Of a stretch of DNA of 39,964 nt, positions 27,995 to 35,846 are shown in pieces; positions within the stretch are counted from its first letter, which is position 1, and every line of letters begins with the position of its first letter. The notes beneath the pieces were generated by a model that searched no databases, was not told where the DNA came from, and saw only the letters and a program-made list of their open reading frames with translations. Both the position numbers and the translations under genes were made by a program. Source of the DNA: an uncultured Phycisphaerae bacterium (lineage in GTDB: Bacteria; Planctomycetota; Phycisphaerae; UBA1845; DATKUK01). The stretch is taken from NCBI GenBank assembly GCA_965602375.1, contig CBFCZG010000003.1, positions 1 to 39,964 on the forward strand. Reading direction: 5' to 3'.

Positions 27995-28624
27995 CTATCG
28001 CCTTCGCCTCAGACCCGCCGCCGCGCCGAGAATCAGCAGCGACAACGCAGCCGGCTCGGGAACGTATCGGTCGTCCGGGGTCAGTTCCACCGTCGCAGTG
28101 GCCGAGAAGGGACTGCCAAAATCGTCCAAATCCAGATCCAGCGTGAACGTGATCTGACTGTTGGTGAAGCTCGCCCCGGGCCAGTCGTGCGCGTCCACCA
28201 GCAGCCCAGCCGCGTTGCTCAGCGAGCCGATGCCCACCAACTCGCCTGACGTGTCCTCAGCCGCACGGTACCAGTCGACGTCGCAGGCCAACAGGTCGTC
28301 GCCGCCATAGGCCAGGGCAAAAGAGCCGTTCTGGAAGTAGCCGTCCGCCATCTGGCCGCTCGACCAGTCGTTGGTCAGCACCATCGACCAATCGAACTCG
28401 CCCCAGAACGTGTCGATCGACGAGTCTGCATACTGCACGGCCACCTGGCTGGGGTGGGCGGCAAAGGTCAACGCGCTTCCCGCTCCACCCGGCGCCAAAC
28501 TCACGGGCACGTCGGCCACCGTAATTCCGCCGATCAGCCCGCCCCCGTACCCCGGCGGCAACTGGGCCCGCGCCACACCGGCCAGGGCAACCACCAACAC
28601 GCTGCACATCGCACTGGTTCTCAT
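27995..28624 (-). CDS. PEP-CTERM sorting domain protein (unit A)
   Basis: Signal peptide (…AGVARA), beta-rich body, C-terminal VPEPAALSLLILGAAAGLRRRR. GGAGAGG RBS. Confidence 0.92.
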   Translation of the reverse strand: MRTSAMCSVLVVALAGVARAQLPPGYGGGLIGGITVADVPVSLAPGGAGSALTFAAHPSQVAVQYADSSIDTFWGEFDWSMVLTNDWSSGQMADGYFQNGSFALAYGGDDLLACDVDWYRAAEDTSGELVGIGSLSNAAGLLVDAHDWPGASFTNSQITFTLDLDLDDFGSPFSATATVELTPDDRYVPEPAALSLLILGAAAGLRRRR

Positions 28625-28737
28625 CCTCTCCACCTCTGAATTGCACCCAAGATACCGACCACCAACGGCAGCGTCGACGCTTCGACCCCTGCCGTCGGAA
28701 CACGAGTCCGTGCCGACACCCGCCGGGCCTGCGACAT
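28621..28737 (-). pseudogene. 38-codon relic: PEP-CTERM-like start fused to a degenerate PEP-CTERM tail
   Basis: MSQARRVSARTRVPTAGVEASTLPLVVGILGAIQRWRG*. Its end aligns with AVPEPSTLSLLALGVLAAIRRRR, its start context AAGATGTCG matches gene 32661, and its stop overlaps the next start (ATGA). Confidence 0.4.
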
Positions 28738-28790
28738 CTTCGGCCTTCCCCTCGCTGCTCCCACCACGTTTGGGATCGCGCCTCTTCCCG

Positions 28791-28885
28791 CAACTCTCCG
28801 TCACCCCAGGCAGAACGTCACTCAGCCGGGCCCCTCACAGCCCCACCGACTCTTTTAGTCTACTGAGTGGGCCCTGCCGGTTCAA
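28791..28885 (-). promoter_or_regulatory. promoter plus conserved leader motif, copy A
   Basis: TTGAAC-17-TAGACT followed by GTCGGTGGGGCTGTGAGGGGCCCGGCTGAGTGACGTTCTGCCTGGGGTGA; colinear with 32731-32825. Confidence 0.75.
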
Positions 28886-29143
28886 GCCCGCCCCCAGGCC
28901 TGGAAACCAGCCGGCCAACCGTCTGTCAATCAGGGCGTTGTCTTGACACGACACGATATGGCGCATACGAATGCTGTCGCGCAGTGTCCTGTAAATGGGC
29001 TGATCCGCCGCTGAGAGGATCAGCCGAGTGTCTTTGGGGCAACGGAGGCAGCCGCCTGACTGCCGGCGGCGTCTTAAGTAACTGGATAACAGGCTTTTAC
29101 ATCTGAGGTCGACGGGGGACAGACAGTTTTTCCCAAGTACTTC

Positions 29144-29172
29144 TTGAAAATGTCCGATCCGTGAGTTAAGCT
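29144..29172 (+). promoter_or_regulatory. sigma70-type promoter, probably giving a leaderless mRNA
   Basis: TTGAAA-17 nt-TAAGCT ending 4 nt before ATG 29177; no Shine-Dalgarno. Confidence 0.5.
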
Positions 29173-29176
29173 TCCT

Positions 29177-29437
29177 ATGGCAAGAGTCGTATGCTTCGAC
29201 GTGCCGGGCATTGAAATGTGGATACCTTCGGGAGACCACGAGCCGCCGCATTTTCACGCCAGGCGGCCCGGCCACTGGCGGGTGCGAGTGTTTTTCCTCG
29301 AGCCGGCTGGCCGGATGATTCGGGACATCAGGCCCGCGCGGGCACAGATTCGACCCAACGTCCGAAGAGCCATAGTGACTGGAGCTGAACAGAACCGACA
29401 AGCCCTGATCGAGCAGTGGCAGGCATGCCAAGGCTAG
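29177..29437 (+). CDS. DUF4160 domain protein (putative toxin, DhiT-like)
   Basis: 86 aa with DHEPPHFHA motif and C-terminal LIEQW. Confidence 0.85.
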   Translation: MARVVCFDVPGIEMWIPSGDHEPPHFHARRPGHWRVRVFFLEPAGRMIRDIRPARAQIRPNVRRAIVTGAEQNRQALIEQWQACQG

Positions 29438-29456
29438 CAGGGCATGAGGAGGAACC

Positions 29457-30344
29457 ATGGTGGGCGCAGCGCCAACTCTAGTATCACGTTGTGCGGTCAT
29501 CTTTCGAGATGCCGGACTCTGGCGTCTTGCCCGCCCGCAGCTATCGCGCCGGCTTGGCCGGCAAGGGGCATATCCGCGTCTTCTCCGCGATTGGCGTGAC
29601 GTCAAGACTCGAAACACCGGCGACCTCTACGTTGTCGCGTTTCAGCGTGCGTTCCTTGATGAGACGGAGGTGAGCAGCGCTCGACAGGCCCGAGTCAGGG
29701 GACAGAAAAGGTTTCTTGTCCTGCCCGACGAATCGCCCCAGCCGTCGCTTCCTGAAATCCTTCTCAAGCTGAGAATCCGGTCGCTCAATCGCATTCACAT
29801 GCCAGAAGAGCAAACAGATATCAAATCGCTCGTGCGTCGCTTTGTGGCTGCGTTGGCGCGAATGTCGACCGAGCCGACCATTGCCGATGCGTGGTGGGAA
29901 GACGATACGTTCATCGTGCTCTCGCCGACGTTCGAGCGATTGAGAGTACCAGCCGGTGATATCCCCAAAATCCGCGACGCTTCGGACGACGAGCGCCAAG
30001 GGTTTGAGATCGACTCATACGGCGAGTACGTCTACTGGCCCGCGCAGGATGTTCACATGGGGTGGTCTCAGTTCGAGCAGGCGGTTGCCCCCCAGGCCAG
30101 GCTGCGAGCACAGCAGCGGTCAGATGCCTTCAATAAGAGGTACGGCCAGGCCATTCGGCGTGTGCGAGAAAGGGCGGGGCTTCGGCAGTCTGACGTTGGC
30201 GGTCTGGCCGATCGAACGGTGCGTCGAATCGAGCAAGGCCGGACCAGGGCAACCGTCAAGGCGCTGACCAAACTGGCAGCCGCTCATGGCATGAACACGA
30301 ATGACTATCTGGCTGCGCTGGCGGCCGAGTTGGGCAAAACGTGA
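29457..30344 (+). CDS. DUF2442 + XRE-HTH protein with long N-terminal extension (putative antitoxin)
   Basis: RLRVP..IPKIRDASDDERQGFEIDSYGEYVYWP (DUF2442) followed by IRRVRERAGLRQSD...TVRRIEQG (HTH_3). AGGAGG RBS. Confidence 0.82.
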   Translation: MVGAAPTLVSRCAVIFRDAGLWRLARPQLSRRLGRQGAYPRLLRDWRDVKTRNTGDLYVVAFQRAFLDETEVSSARQARVRGQKRFLVLPDESPQPSLPEILLKLRIRSLNRIHMPEEQTDIKSLVRRFVAALARMSTEPTIADAWWEDDTFIVLSPTFERLRVPAGDIPKIRDASDDERQGFEIDSYGEYVYWPAQDVHMGWSQFEQAVAPQARLRAQQRSDAFNKRYGQAIRRVRERAGLRQSDVGGLADRTVRRIEQGRTRATVKALTKLAAAHGMNTNDYLAALAAELGKT

Positions 30345-30505
30345 CGAGACCGCCCCTGAGGCTTTCAGGCTATAGTCTACGTGAAGGGCAACCAGCGGCT
30401 CGCCAAAGCACAATCAGTGCATCGCAGTCGCCCCACGCATGCCACAACCTGCGGCGGGGGTGGCACGGTCCGGCGCGGCCGGGCCGTTAAGCTTGGAAAC
30501 GGCTA

Positions 30506-30528
30506 GGACGGGTTCCCCCCGCCTTTTT
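30506..30528 (+). terminator. putative intrinsic terminator of the TA-like operon
   Basis: GGACGGG-TTCCC-CCCGCC (one bulge) followed by TTTTT. Confidence 0.45.
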
Positions 30529-30545
30529 CCCCGTCTCCCTGTCGC

Positions 30546-31571
30546 CTACCGCCTCCGTCTGATCGCCGCTAGGACCCCGAGGGCCAGCAGCGACAACGTA
30601 GATGGTTCCGGCACTGCTGCAAGTCGAATGCCGGCGTACGGGCTCTCCCAGGTTGGGAAAGCACCCCCACTGCGGCATGCCGCTACTTGGCCGTCCTCGT
30701 CCGACCAACCGCCGCCCCGAGTACGCGCATAGAGCCGACCGTAGACGTCCACAAATCTGACTTCAAGCCACTCCCACATGTTGCCGTTCTGGTCGTACGT
30801 ACCGTACCCACTCACCGACATTGCGTAGGCCCCCACGTCAGTCGCGAGGTATGGCGGCCCGACAGCGAATCCCTCCGGGTATCCCGCAGCTTCGTCGAAA
30901 TGGTTAGTTGAATTGCCGGTGTCGGCTGACGGAGGGTTGTTATCCGGTGCGACGTCGCTCTGCGTCGCATAGTCCCAGTATCCCGCGTCTGTACTACCCC
31001 CCTTGTAGTAGGCTGCCTTGTACCACTCGTTCTCGCCAGGCAGAAAGACCTTTGCGCCGGGCTTGCGAACGGCGTCGGCGCCCAGCGAAAGGTCGTACGC
31101 ACCATCCTCGGTGGTGGAGGCATCCTGCAAGCCCGTCGGCTGGCCATTGTGGAGCCAATTCGCGAATCGGATGGAGTCATACCAACTCACGTAGTTCACT
31201 GGCTTGTTCAGCCAGCCGAGATCCCCACCCTTAGGACCATAGTGGCAGTTACCCGGCATGCCAAAACGCTCAATTCCATATCCAGTTTCCGTGCTGTTGT
31301 ACAGACCGTATGAATCTTCCACCCTGGCCACCGCGTTGAGAAACTCGATATACTGCGCGTTCGTGACCTCGAACTTCCCAATCTGGTACGTGTAGCTGAC
31401 ACTGCCGTAGCCGGTAGTACCGTCGATCATGATCTCCGTATCGGGAGCATTCCCCGCATCGCCGACGTTGACCCATTCCATGACGACTTCTGCCTGCACG
31501 CCAGAGACGCAGGACACCAGAGCACCAAGCGAGAGTGTGATCAATACCATACGAGCATCTGAAGGGCGCAT
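30546..31571 (-). CDS. SUMF1/FGE-sulfatase-domain PEP-CTERM protein (unit C)
   Basis: Signal peptide, VGDAGN, IGKFEVTNAQY, PVNYVSWYD, EWYKAAY, DQNGNMWEW, RGGGW and tail VPEPSTLSLLALGVLAAIRRRR. GGAGG RBS. Confidence 0.93.
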   Translation of the reverse strand: MRPSDARMVLITLSLGALVSCVSGVQAEVVMEWVNVGDAGNAPDTEIMIDGTTGYGSVSYTYQIGKFEVTNAQYIEFLNAVARVEDSYGLYNSTETGYGIERFGMPGNCHYGPKGGDLGWLNKPVNYVSWYDSIRFANWLHNGQPTGLQDASTTEDGAYDLSLGADAVRKPGAKVFLPGENEWYKAAYYKGGSTDAGYWDYATQSDVAPDNNPPSADTGNSTNHFDEAAGYPEGFAVGPPYLATDVGAYAMSVSGYGTYDQNGNMWEWLEVRFVDVYGRLYARTRGGGWSDEDGQVAACRSGGAFPTWESPYAGIRLAAVPEPSTLSLLALGVLAAIRRRR

Positions 31572-31636
31572 GCCGTCACCTCCGTTCTCAGAAGCCCATC
31601 GACGTGCCCCTTCCAGACGCCGCCCCATGCGACCCC

Positions 31637-31672
31637 AAACGAAAAGAGAGCACGCGTTCTGACGTCTCTCTC
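31637..31672 (-). terminator. terminator-like hairpin between PEP-CTERM genes B and C
   Basis: GAGAGAG...CGCGTGCTCTCTTTTCGTTT; the 3' half is shared with 32713-32732. Confidence 0.55.
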
Positions 31673-31713
31673 ATCTCCCTCGACCGATTGTCTTACGGCA
31701 GAGACAGCGCTCC

Positions 31714-32661
31714 CTACCGCTTTCGCCACAACGCCGCCAAGCCGCCGAGGGCCAGCAGGCAGAGCGAGGCAGGCTCAGGAACGATCAACATACACCACGA
31801 TCCGGACGTGTGGGCGCCCGCCGGATCAAGTACTCTCAGCAATTCACCGGTGTCCGCGTCAAGATGAACGATCCCTGGCTCGCGATGGCCCGTAATATAC
31901 AGGGTCCCATCGGCGGCAACTGCGAGGCCAGCTGTCTCGTCTATATCCGGCACGGGTATGCGCCCCTTCGTTGCCCCGCTCAGTCCGTCGAAGCGATAGA
32001 CCCAAGAGTCATTGCCCACAAGATGAATGTCTCCGTCGGGTCCGATCTCCATGTTCCCAATCCGACTGGCATCATAGCTTTCGGCGAACACCCCGTCGAA
32101 CGCCAAGGATACGGCGTCGAATGCGAGGATATTGTGTCGTTCGTAGTTGCTCATAAGAAGCTTGCCGTCAGCGTTGACCTCCGCATCCACCGGCCACCAC
32201 ACCGATGCCCCATCGGGGTACGGCTCCGTCTGGCCAGTCACCGCCCCTGTGTCGGCATCGAGCCGATATATGGCCATATCGGCCCGAGCGGGTACATAGA
32301 ACTGGTCGTCGGCATAGGTAATACCCGTTGGTATATCGAAGCCGGATGCAAAGACCCCCAGGAACTCGCCGGAGTTCAGGTCATATTTCAGGATGTTGCC
32401 TCCCCAAACGTTCGCTACGTACAGCGCGCCGTCTGGGCCGATCGCCATATCCGCCGGCTCGTCGAGTCCGCCGTACCCGGGTGGCACAAGCGTCCGAACG
32501 TACTGGCCTGAGTCCAGGTCGAACTCGTGGATACTGTCACCGAAAGTGTCGCCCACAAGGAGTCGTTCCGTGCCAACGCCCGATGCGAGAGGCGCTAGAA
32601 ACAGGCTACTCAGAGCGAACACCCCCGTTATCGCGACGGTCGTTCGTTGGGAGGCCGACAT
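31714..32661 (-). CDS. beta-propeller (NHL/Vgb-like) PEP-CTERM protein (unit B)
   Basis: Signal peptide, repeated blades (IGPDGALYV, ILKYDLNSGEF, IGPDGDIH) and tail IVPEPASLCLLALGGLAALWRKR. Confidence 0.92.
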   Translation of the reverse strand: MSASQRTTVAITGVFALSSLFLAPLASGVGTERLLVGDTFGDSIHEFDLDSGQYVRTLVPPGYGGLDEPADMAIGPDGALYVANVWGGNILKYDLNSGEFLGVFASGFDIPTGITYADDQFYVPARADMAIYRLDADTGAVTGQTEPYPDGASVWWPVDAEVNADGKLLMSNYERHNILAFDAVSLAFDGVFAESYDASRIGNMEIGPDGDIHLVGNDSWVYRFDGLSGATKGRIPVPDIDETAGLAVAADGTLYITGHREPGIVHLDADTGELLRVLDPAGAHTSGSWCMLIVPEPASLCLLALGGLAALWRKR

Positions 32662-32715
32662 CTTAGACCCTCCGTGGCCGCGTAGGTTTCCCCTTGGGTG
32701 CCCCCTGCGGCCACG

Positions 32716-32739
32716 AAAAAAGAGAGCACGCGGCTCTCT
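32716..32739 (-). terminator. intrinsic terminator inside the 5' leader of PEP-CTERM gene B (attenuator-like)
   Basis: AGAGAGC-CGCGT-GCTCTCT followed by TTTTT, lying between the promoter and the ATG. Confidence 0.65.
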
Positions 32740-32825
32740 CTCGCCCCAGTCAGAATGTCGCTCAGCCGGCTCGCTTACAGCCCCACCGACACATAGAGTC
32801 TACTACGCAGGCCATCCGCATGCAA
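32731..32825 (-). promoter_or_regulatory. promoter plus conserved leader motif, copy B
   Basis: TTGCAT-17-TAGACT followed by GTCGGTGGGGCTGTAAGCGAGCCGGCTGAGCGACATTCTGACTGGGGCGA. Confidence 0.75.
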
Positions 32826-32969
32826 GGATGTCCTGGCAAAACCGTCCCTCGCCTGAGACTCGATCGCGCAAGTCGCCTTAGGAACTGTTGTTACGGCGCA
32901 CAGACAATGCTGACGTCACGGCAGGCCGCTCAACCTAGACTACCTGAATCGCCGCCCGGAAATGAAAAA

Positions 32970-33041
32970 AGCCGACGGAGGGACTCGAACCCTCAACCTC
33001 AGCTTTACGAAAGCTGTGCTCTACCATTGAGCTACATCGGC
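32970..33041 (-). tRNA. tRNA-Thr(CGT)
   Basis: GCCGATGTAGCTCAATGGTAGAGCACAGCTTTCGTAAAGCTGAGGTTGAGGGTTCGAGTCCCTCCGTCGGCT folds as a cloverleaf with anticodon CGT and GTTCGA T-loop. CCA is not encoded. Confidence 0.97.
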
Positions 33042-33054
33042 TGCGCGACGTGCA

Positions 33055-33084
33055 ACTTTACCCCGCCGACGGCCCGGCCGTCAA
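33055..33084 (-). promoter_or_regulatory. promoter of tRNA-Thr
   Basis: TTGACG-18 nt-TAAAGT, 13 nt before the tRNA 5' end. Confidence 0.6.
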
Positions 33085-33280
33085 GCACCCCACCTGCCCA
33101 CAGCCAACCGGGCTGGTCGCCACTCGCCTGACTTATCGCCCCCAAAGCCAGGCGCCTTGAGTAACGAGGGCCCACGAATCGCCCACAGGCATCGTCAACG
33201 CTGGCAAACGCTGTTACGCCGACTGGATAGAGACCCCGAAACCATGCAGTCTGTGGACGGTCAGGAAAGCGTGATCGTCA

Positions 33281-34846
33281 TCAATCCGCCCCCGCGGACT
33301 CACCCTCGACCACGTCACTTTCGATCGTGCCCCCACGCGTGTCGGTGCGAATGCGCGTCCCGGCGGCCACATGGCCCGGGTCTGTCACAATCGCCCCATC
33401 GTCCGCGCGCCGCGTGATCGAAAAACCGCGATTCAAAACGCTCTTGTGGCTGCCGGCCTCCAGACGCTTGGCAAACCCGGTCACCCCTTCACCCGCTCGG
33501 TGCATGCGAACGTCGACCCCCCGCGCCAACCGCGGACCGATATGCTCCAGCATCGCCTCATGCCGTGCGACCACCTTCATCGGCCACGCCCGCACCAGCG
33601 CCGCCATAGCCGCTTCAACCTGCCGCGACGCAGCCACCTGCCGCGCCCACTGCGCCCGGTACAGCCGATGCTCGGCCTCGGCCAGCGCCCGACCCTTACC
33701 CGCCACGTAGGCCTGCGGCTGAATCCGCGCCACGCTCATCGCACACTCGTGCAGCCGCCGTCGGACCCCCTCCATCCGATGCGCCACCGCCAACCGAAGC
33801 CGCCCCACGACTTCGTCAACCTGCTGGTCGCGCTGCCGGATTCGGGCGAGCGGATCGCGCAGAAACTCGCACCGCCCCGCCGCCTTCACACGCCCATCAG
33901 CTACCTGCACAGCCGACCGCACCGCCCGCGTCAGCCTGCCGCCGTGTTGGACAAGGTCTTCGACCAGATCGGCCAGCACCGGCACGACCAACTCAGCCGC
34001 CGCCGTCGGTGTGGCCGCTCGCACGTCGGCCACCAGGTCGGCCACCGTCGTGTCGACCTCGTGACCCACCGCGCTGATCACCGGAATCGAGCATGCATGG
34101 ATCGCCCGAGCCACCACCTCCTCATTGAAGGCCCACAAGTCCTCCAAACTGCCGCCGCCGCGACCGACAATCATTACGTCGACCCCGCCCAGGCGCTGCC
34201 GCTGGCGATCGAGCCGTCCGATGGCTGTCGCGATCTCGCCGGCTGCCCCCTCGCCCTGCACCCGCACCGGCGCAAGCAGCAACCGCACGCAAGGAAAACG
34301 CCGCTGCACTGTTCGGATGATGTCGCGTATCGCCGCTCCGGTCGGGCTGGTTACCACCGCAACCGTCGCGGGGTAACGCGGCAAAGCCTTTTTGTGTGCC
34401 GGGTCGAACAGTCCCTCCTTGGCGAGCTTCTCGCAGAGCTGACGGAAGGCCAACTCCAACGCCCCCACCCCTCGCGGCTCGAGCCTGCGCACGTAAAGCT
34501 GATATTGCCCGCGAGGCGGGTACACGTCGACGTAGCCGGTGGCGACCAGCTCCATTCCGTCCTCGGGGCGAAAACGCAGGCCCACCGCAGCCGACCGCCA
34601 CATCACACAGCGGACCTCGCTCTCGCTGTCCTTCAGCGTGAAATAGAGATGTCCGCTGGCCGGTCGGGCGACATTGCTCAGCTCGCCCACTACGTGAAGC
34701 GTCCGCGGCAGCCCGCCGGCAAGCACCGTTTGAATCAGCCGCGTCAGTTCGGCCACACGGAGAACGCGCGCCGCCCCCGCCGACGTGAAGGGCAACTCCT
34801 GTTGAGGAACTTCGACTAAATCGGGATCAAACGGCTTGCGAGCCAT
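33281..34846 (-). CDS. xseA: exodeoxyribonuclease VII large subunit
   Basis: GELSN, SGHLYFTLKD, VTSPTGAAIRD, RGGGSLEDLWAFN, GHEVD and ATPTAAAE motifs. Confidence 0.97.
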   Translation of the reverse strand: MARKPFDPDLVEVPQQELPFTSAGAARVLRVAELTRLIQTVLAGGLPRTLHVVGELSNVARPASGHLYFTLKDSESEVRCVMWRSAAVGLRFRPEDGMELVATGYVDVYPPRGQYQLYVRRLEPRGVGALELAFRQLCEKLAKEGLFDPAHKKALPRYPATVAVVTSPTGAAIRDIIRTVQRRFPCVRLLLAPVRVQGEGAAGEIATAIGRLDRQRQRLGGVDVMIVGRGGGSLEDLWAFNEEVVARAIHACSIPVISAVGHEVDTTVADLVADVRAATPTAAAELVVPVLADLVEDLVQHGGRLTRAVRSAVQVADGRVKAAGRCEFLRDPLARIRQRDQQVDEVVGRLRLAVAHRMEGVRRRLHECAMSVARIQPQAYVAGKGRALAEAEHRLYRAQWARQVAASRQVEAAMAALVRAWPMKVVARHEAMLEHIGPRLARGVDVRMHRAGEGVTGFAKRLEAGSHKSVLNRGFSITRRADDGAIVTDPGHVAAGTRIRTDTRGGTIESDVVEGESAGAD

Positions 34847-34868
34847 CGGCCGACACCCGTCCCCCTCG

Positions 34869-35693
34869 TCATGAATCCGACGGCTGCGCCTGCTCACCCT
34901 CCGGCGACGCCCGCAGCATGATTCGCCGGATCTTCAGCGTCTTGCCGGTTTCCGAGTCGATCTGGGCCAGAATGCCCGAAAGTCGCGCGTCGCCGTCGGC
35001 CACCTCGAAACGCGTCGGCATGCCCGTCAGCAGGTGTTGCAGCACCCGATCCTTCCTTCGCCCCAGCACCGACTCGTAAGGCCCGGTCATGCCCAGGTCG
35101 GTGATATACCCCGTGCCGTGCGGCAACACCGTCTCGTCGCCGGTCGGCACGTGCGTGTGCGTACCCACCACCAAGCTCACGCGTCCATCCAGGTGCCAGC
35201 CCATGGCTACTTTCTCGCTCGTGGCCTCGGCGTGAAAATCCAGCACCACGATGTGCACGTCGCGCGGCACCTGCTCGAGGACGCGATCGACCGCTCGAAA
35301 CGGCGAATCGGCCGACGGACGCATGTACAACTGCCCCAACGCCGATAGCACCGCCACCCGCGGGCCGCGACGCGTCTGGAAAATCGCCAGCTCCTTGCCG
35401 ACCGCGGCGTTCGGCAGGTTCACCGGGCGCATGATCCGATCCGATTGCTCCAGCACGCCCACCAACTCGCGCCGCTTGTAGATGTGGTCCCCCATCGTCA
35501 TCACGTCGACGCCGTGCTCCAACAGCTTCTCGTACAGCGCCGGCGTCAGGCCCGAGCCCTGGGCCGCGTTCTCGACATTGGCTATGACGCAGTCAATCTG
35601 CTCGTCGCGCACCAGTTGCGGCAGCAGTTCCGACAGGACCAGCCTGCCCGGCCTACCCACAACATCGCCCACGCACAGCAGGTTGATCTGCAT
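34869..35693 (-). CDS. ymdB: YmdB-like metallophosphoesterase (TIGR00282 family)
   Basis: GDVVGRPG, NVENAA, DFHAEATSEK, GTHTHV and DLGMTGP motifs; lies downstream of rny. Confidence 0.94.
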   Translation of the reverse strand: MQINLLCVGDVVGRPGRLVLSELLPQLVRDEQIDCVIANVENAAQGSGLTPALYEKLLEHGVDVMTMGDHIYKRRELVGVLEQSDRIMRPVNLPNAAVGKELAIFQTRRGPRVAVLSALGQLYMRPSADSPFRAVDRVLEQVPRDVHIVVLDFHAEATSEKVAMGWHLDGRVSLVVGTHTHVPTGDETVLPHGTGYITDLGMTGPYESVLGRRKDRVLQHLLTGMPTRFEVADGDARLSGILAQIDSETGKTLKIRRIMLRASPEGEQAQPSDS

Positions 35694-35846
35694 TCAGATC
35701 GGGCTTTCCATACGCCGTGGTATGACCGACCAATCTCGCGCCACGTCGACGCTCGGGCGGACGCCCGCAGCACGATCCGCCCTCCCTGTACCGAGACATC
35801 ACCGTAGCAGCCAATGTTCGGCCGCCGCCGAACCCATTCTCCCCGG

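Noticed and set aside
28998-29025. 9-bp perfect hairpin GGCTGATCC/GGATCAGCC between PEP-CTERM A and the TA-like pair
   Set aside because: Single copy with no U tract and no transposase; no function can be supported.
30546-30800. Diversity-generating retroelement target (the FGE/CLec-type fold is a common DGR target)
   Set aside because: No template repeat and no reverse transcriptase were seen in the window.
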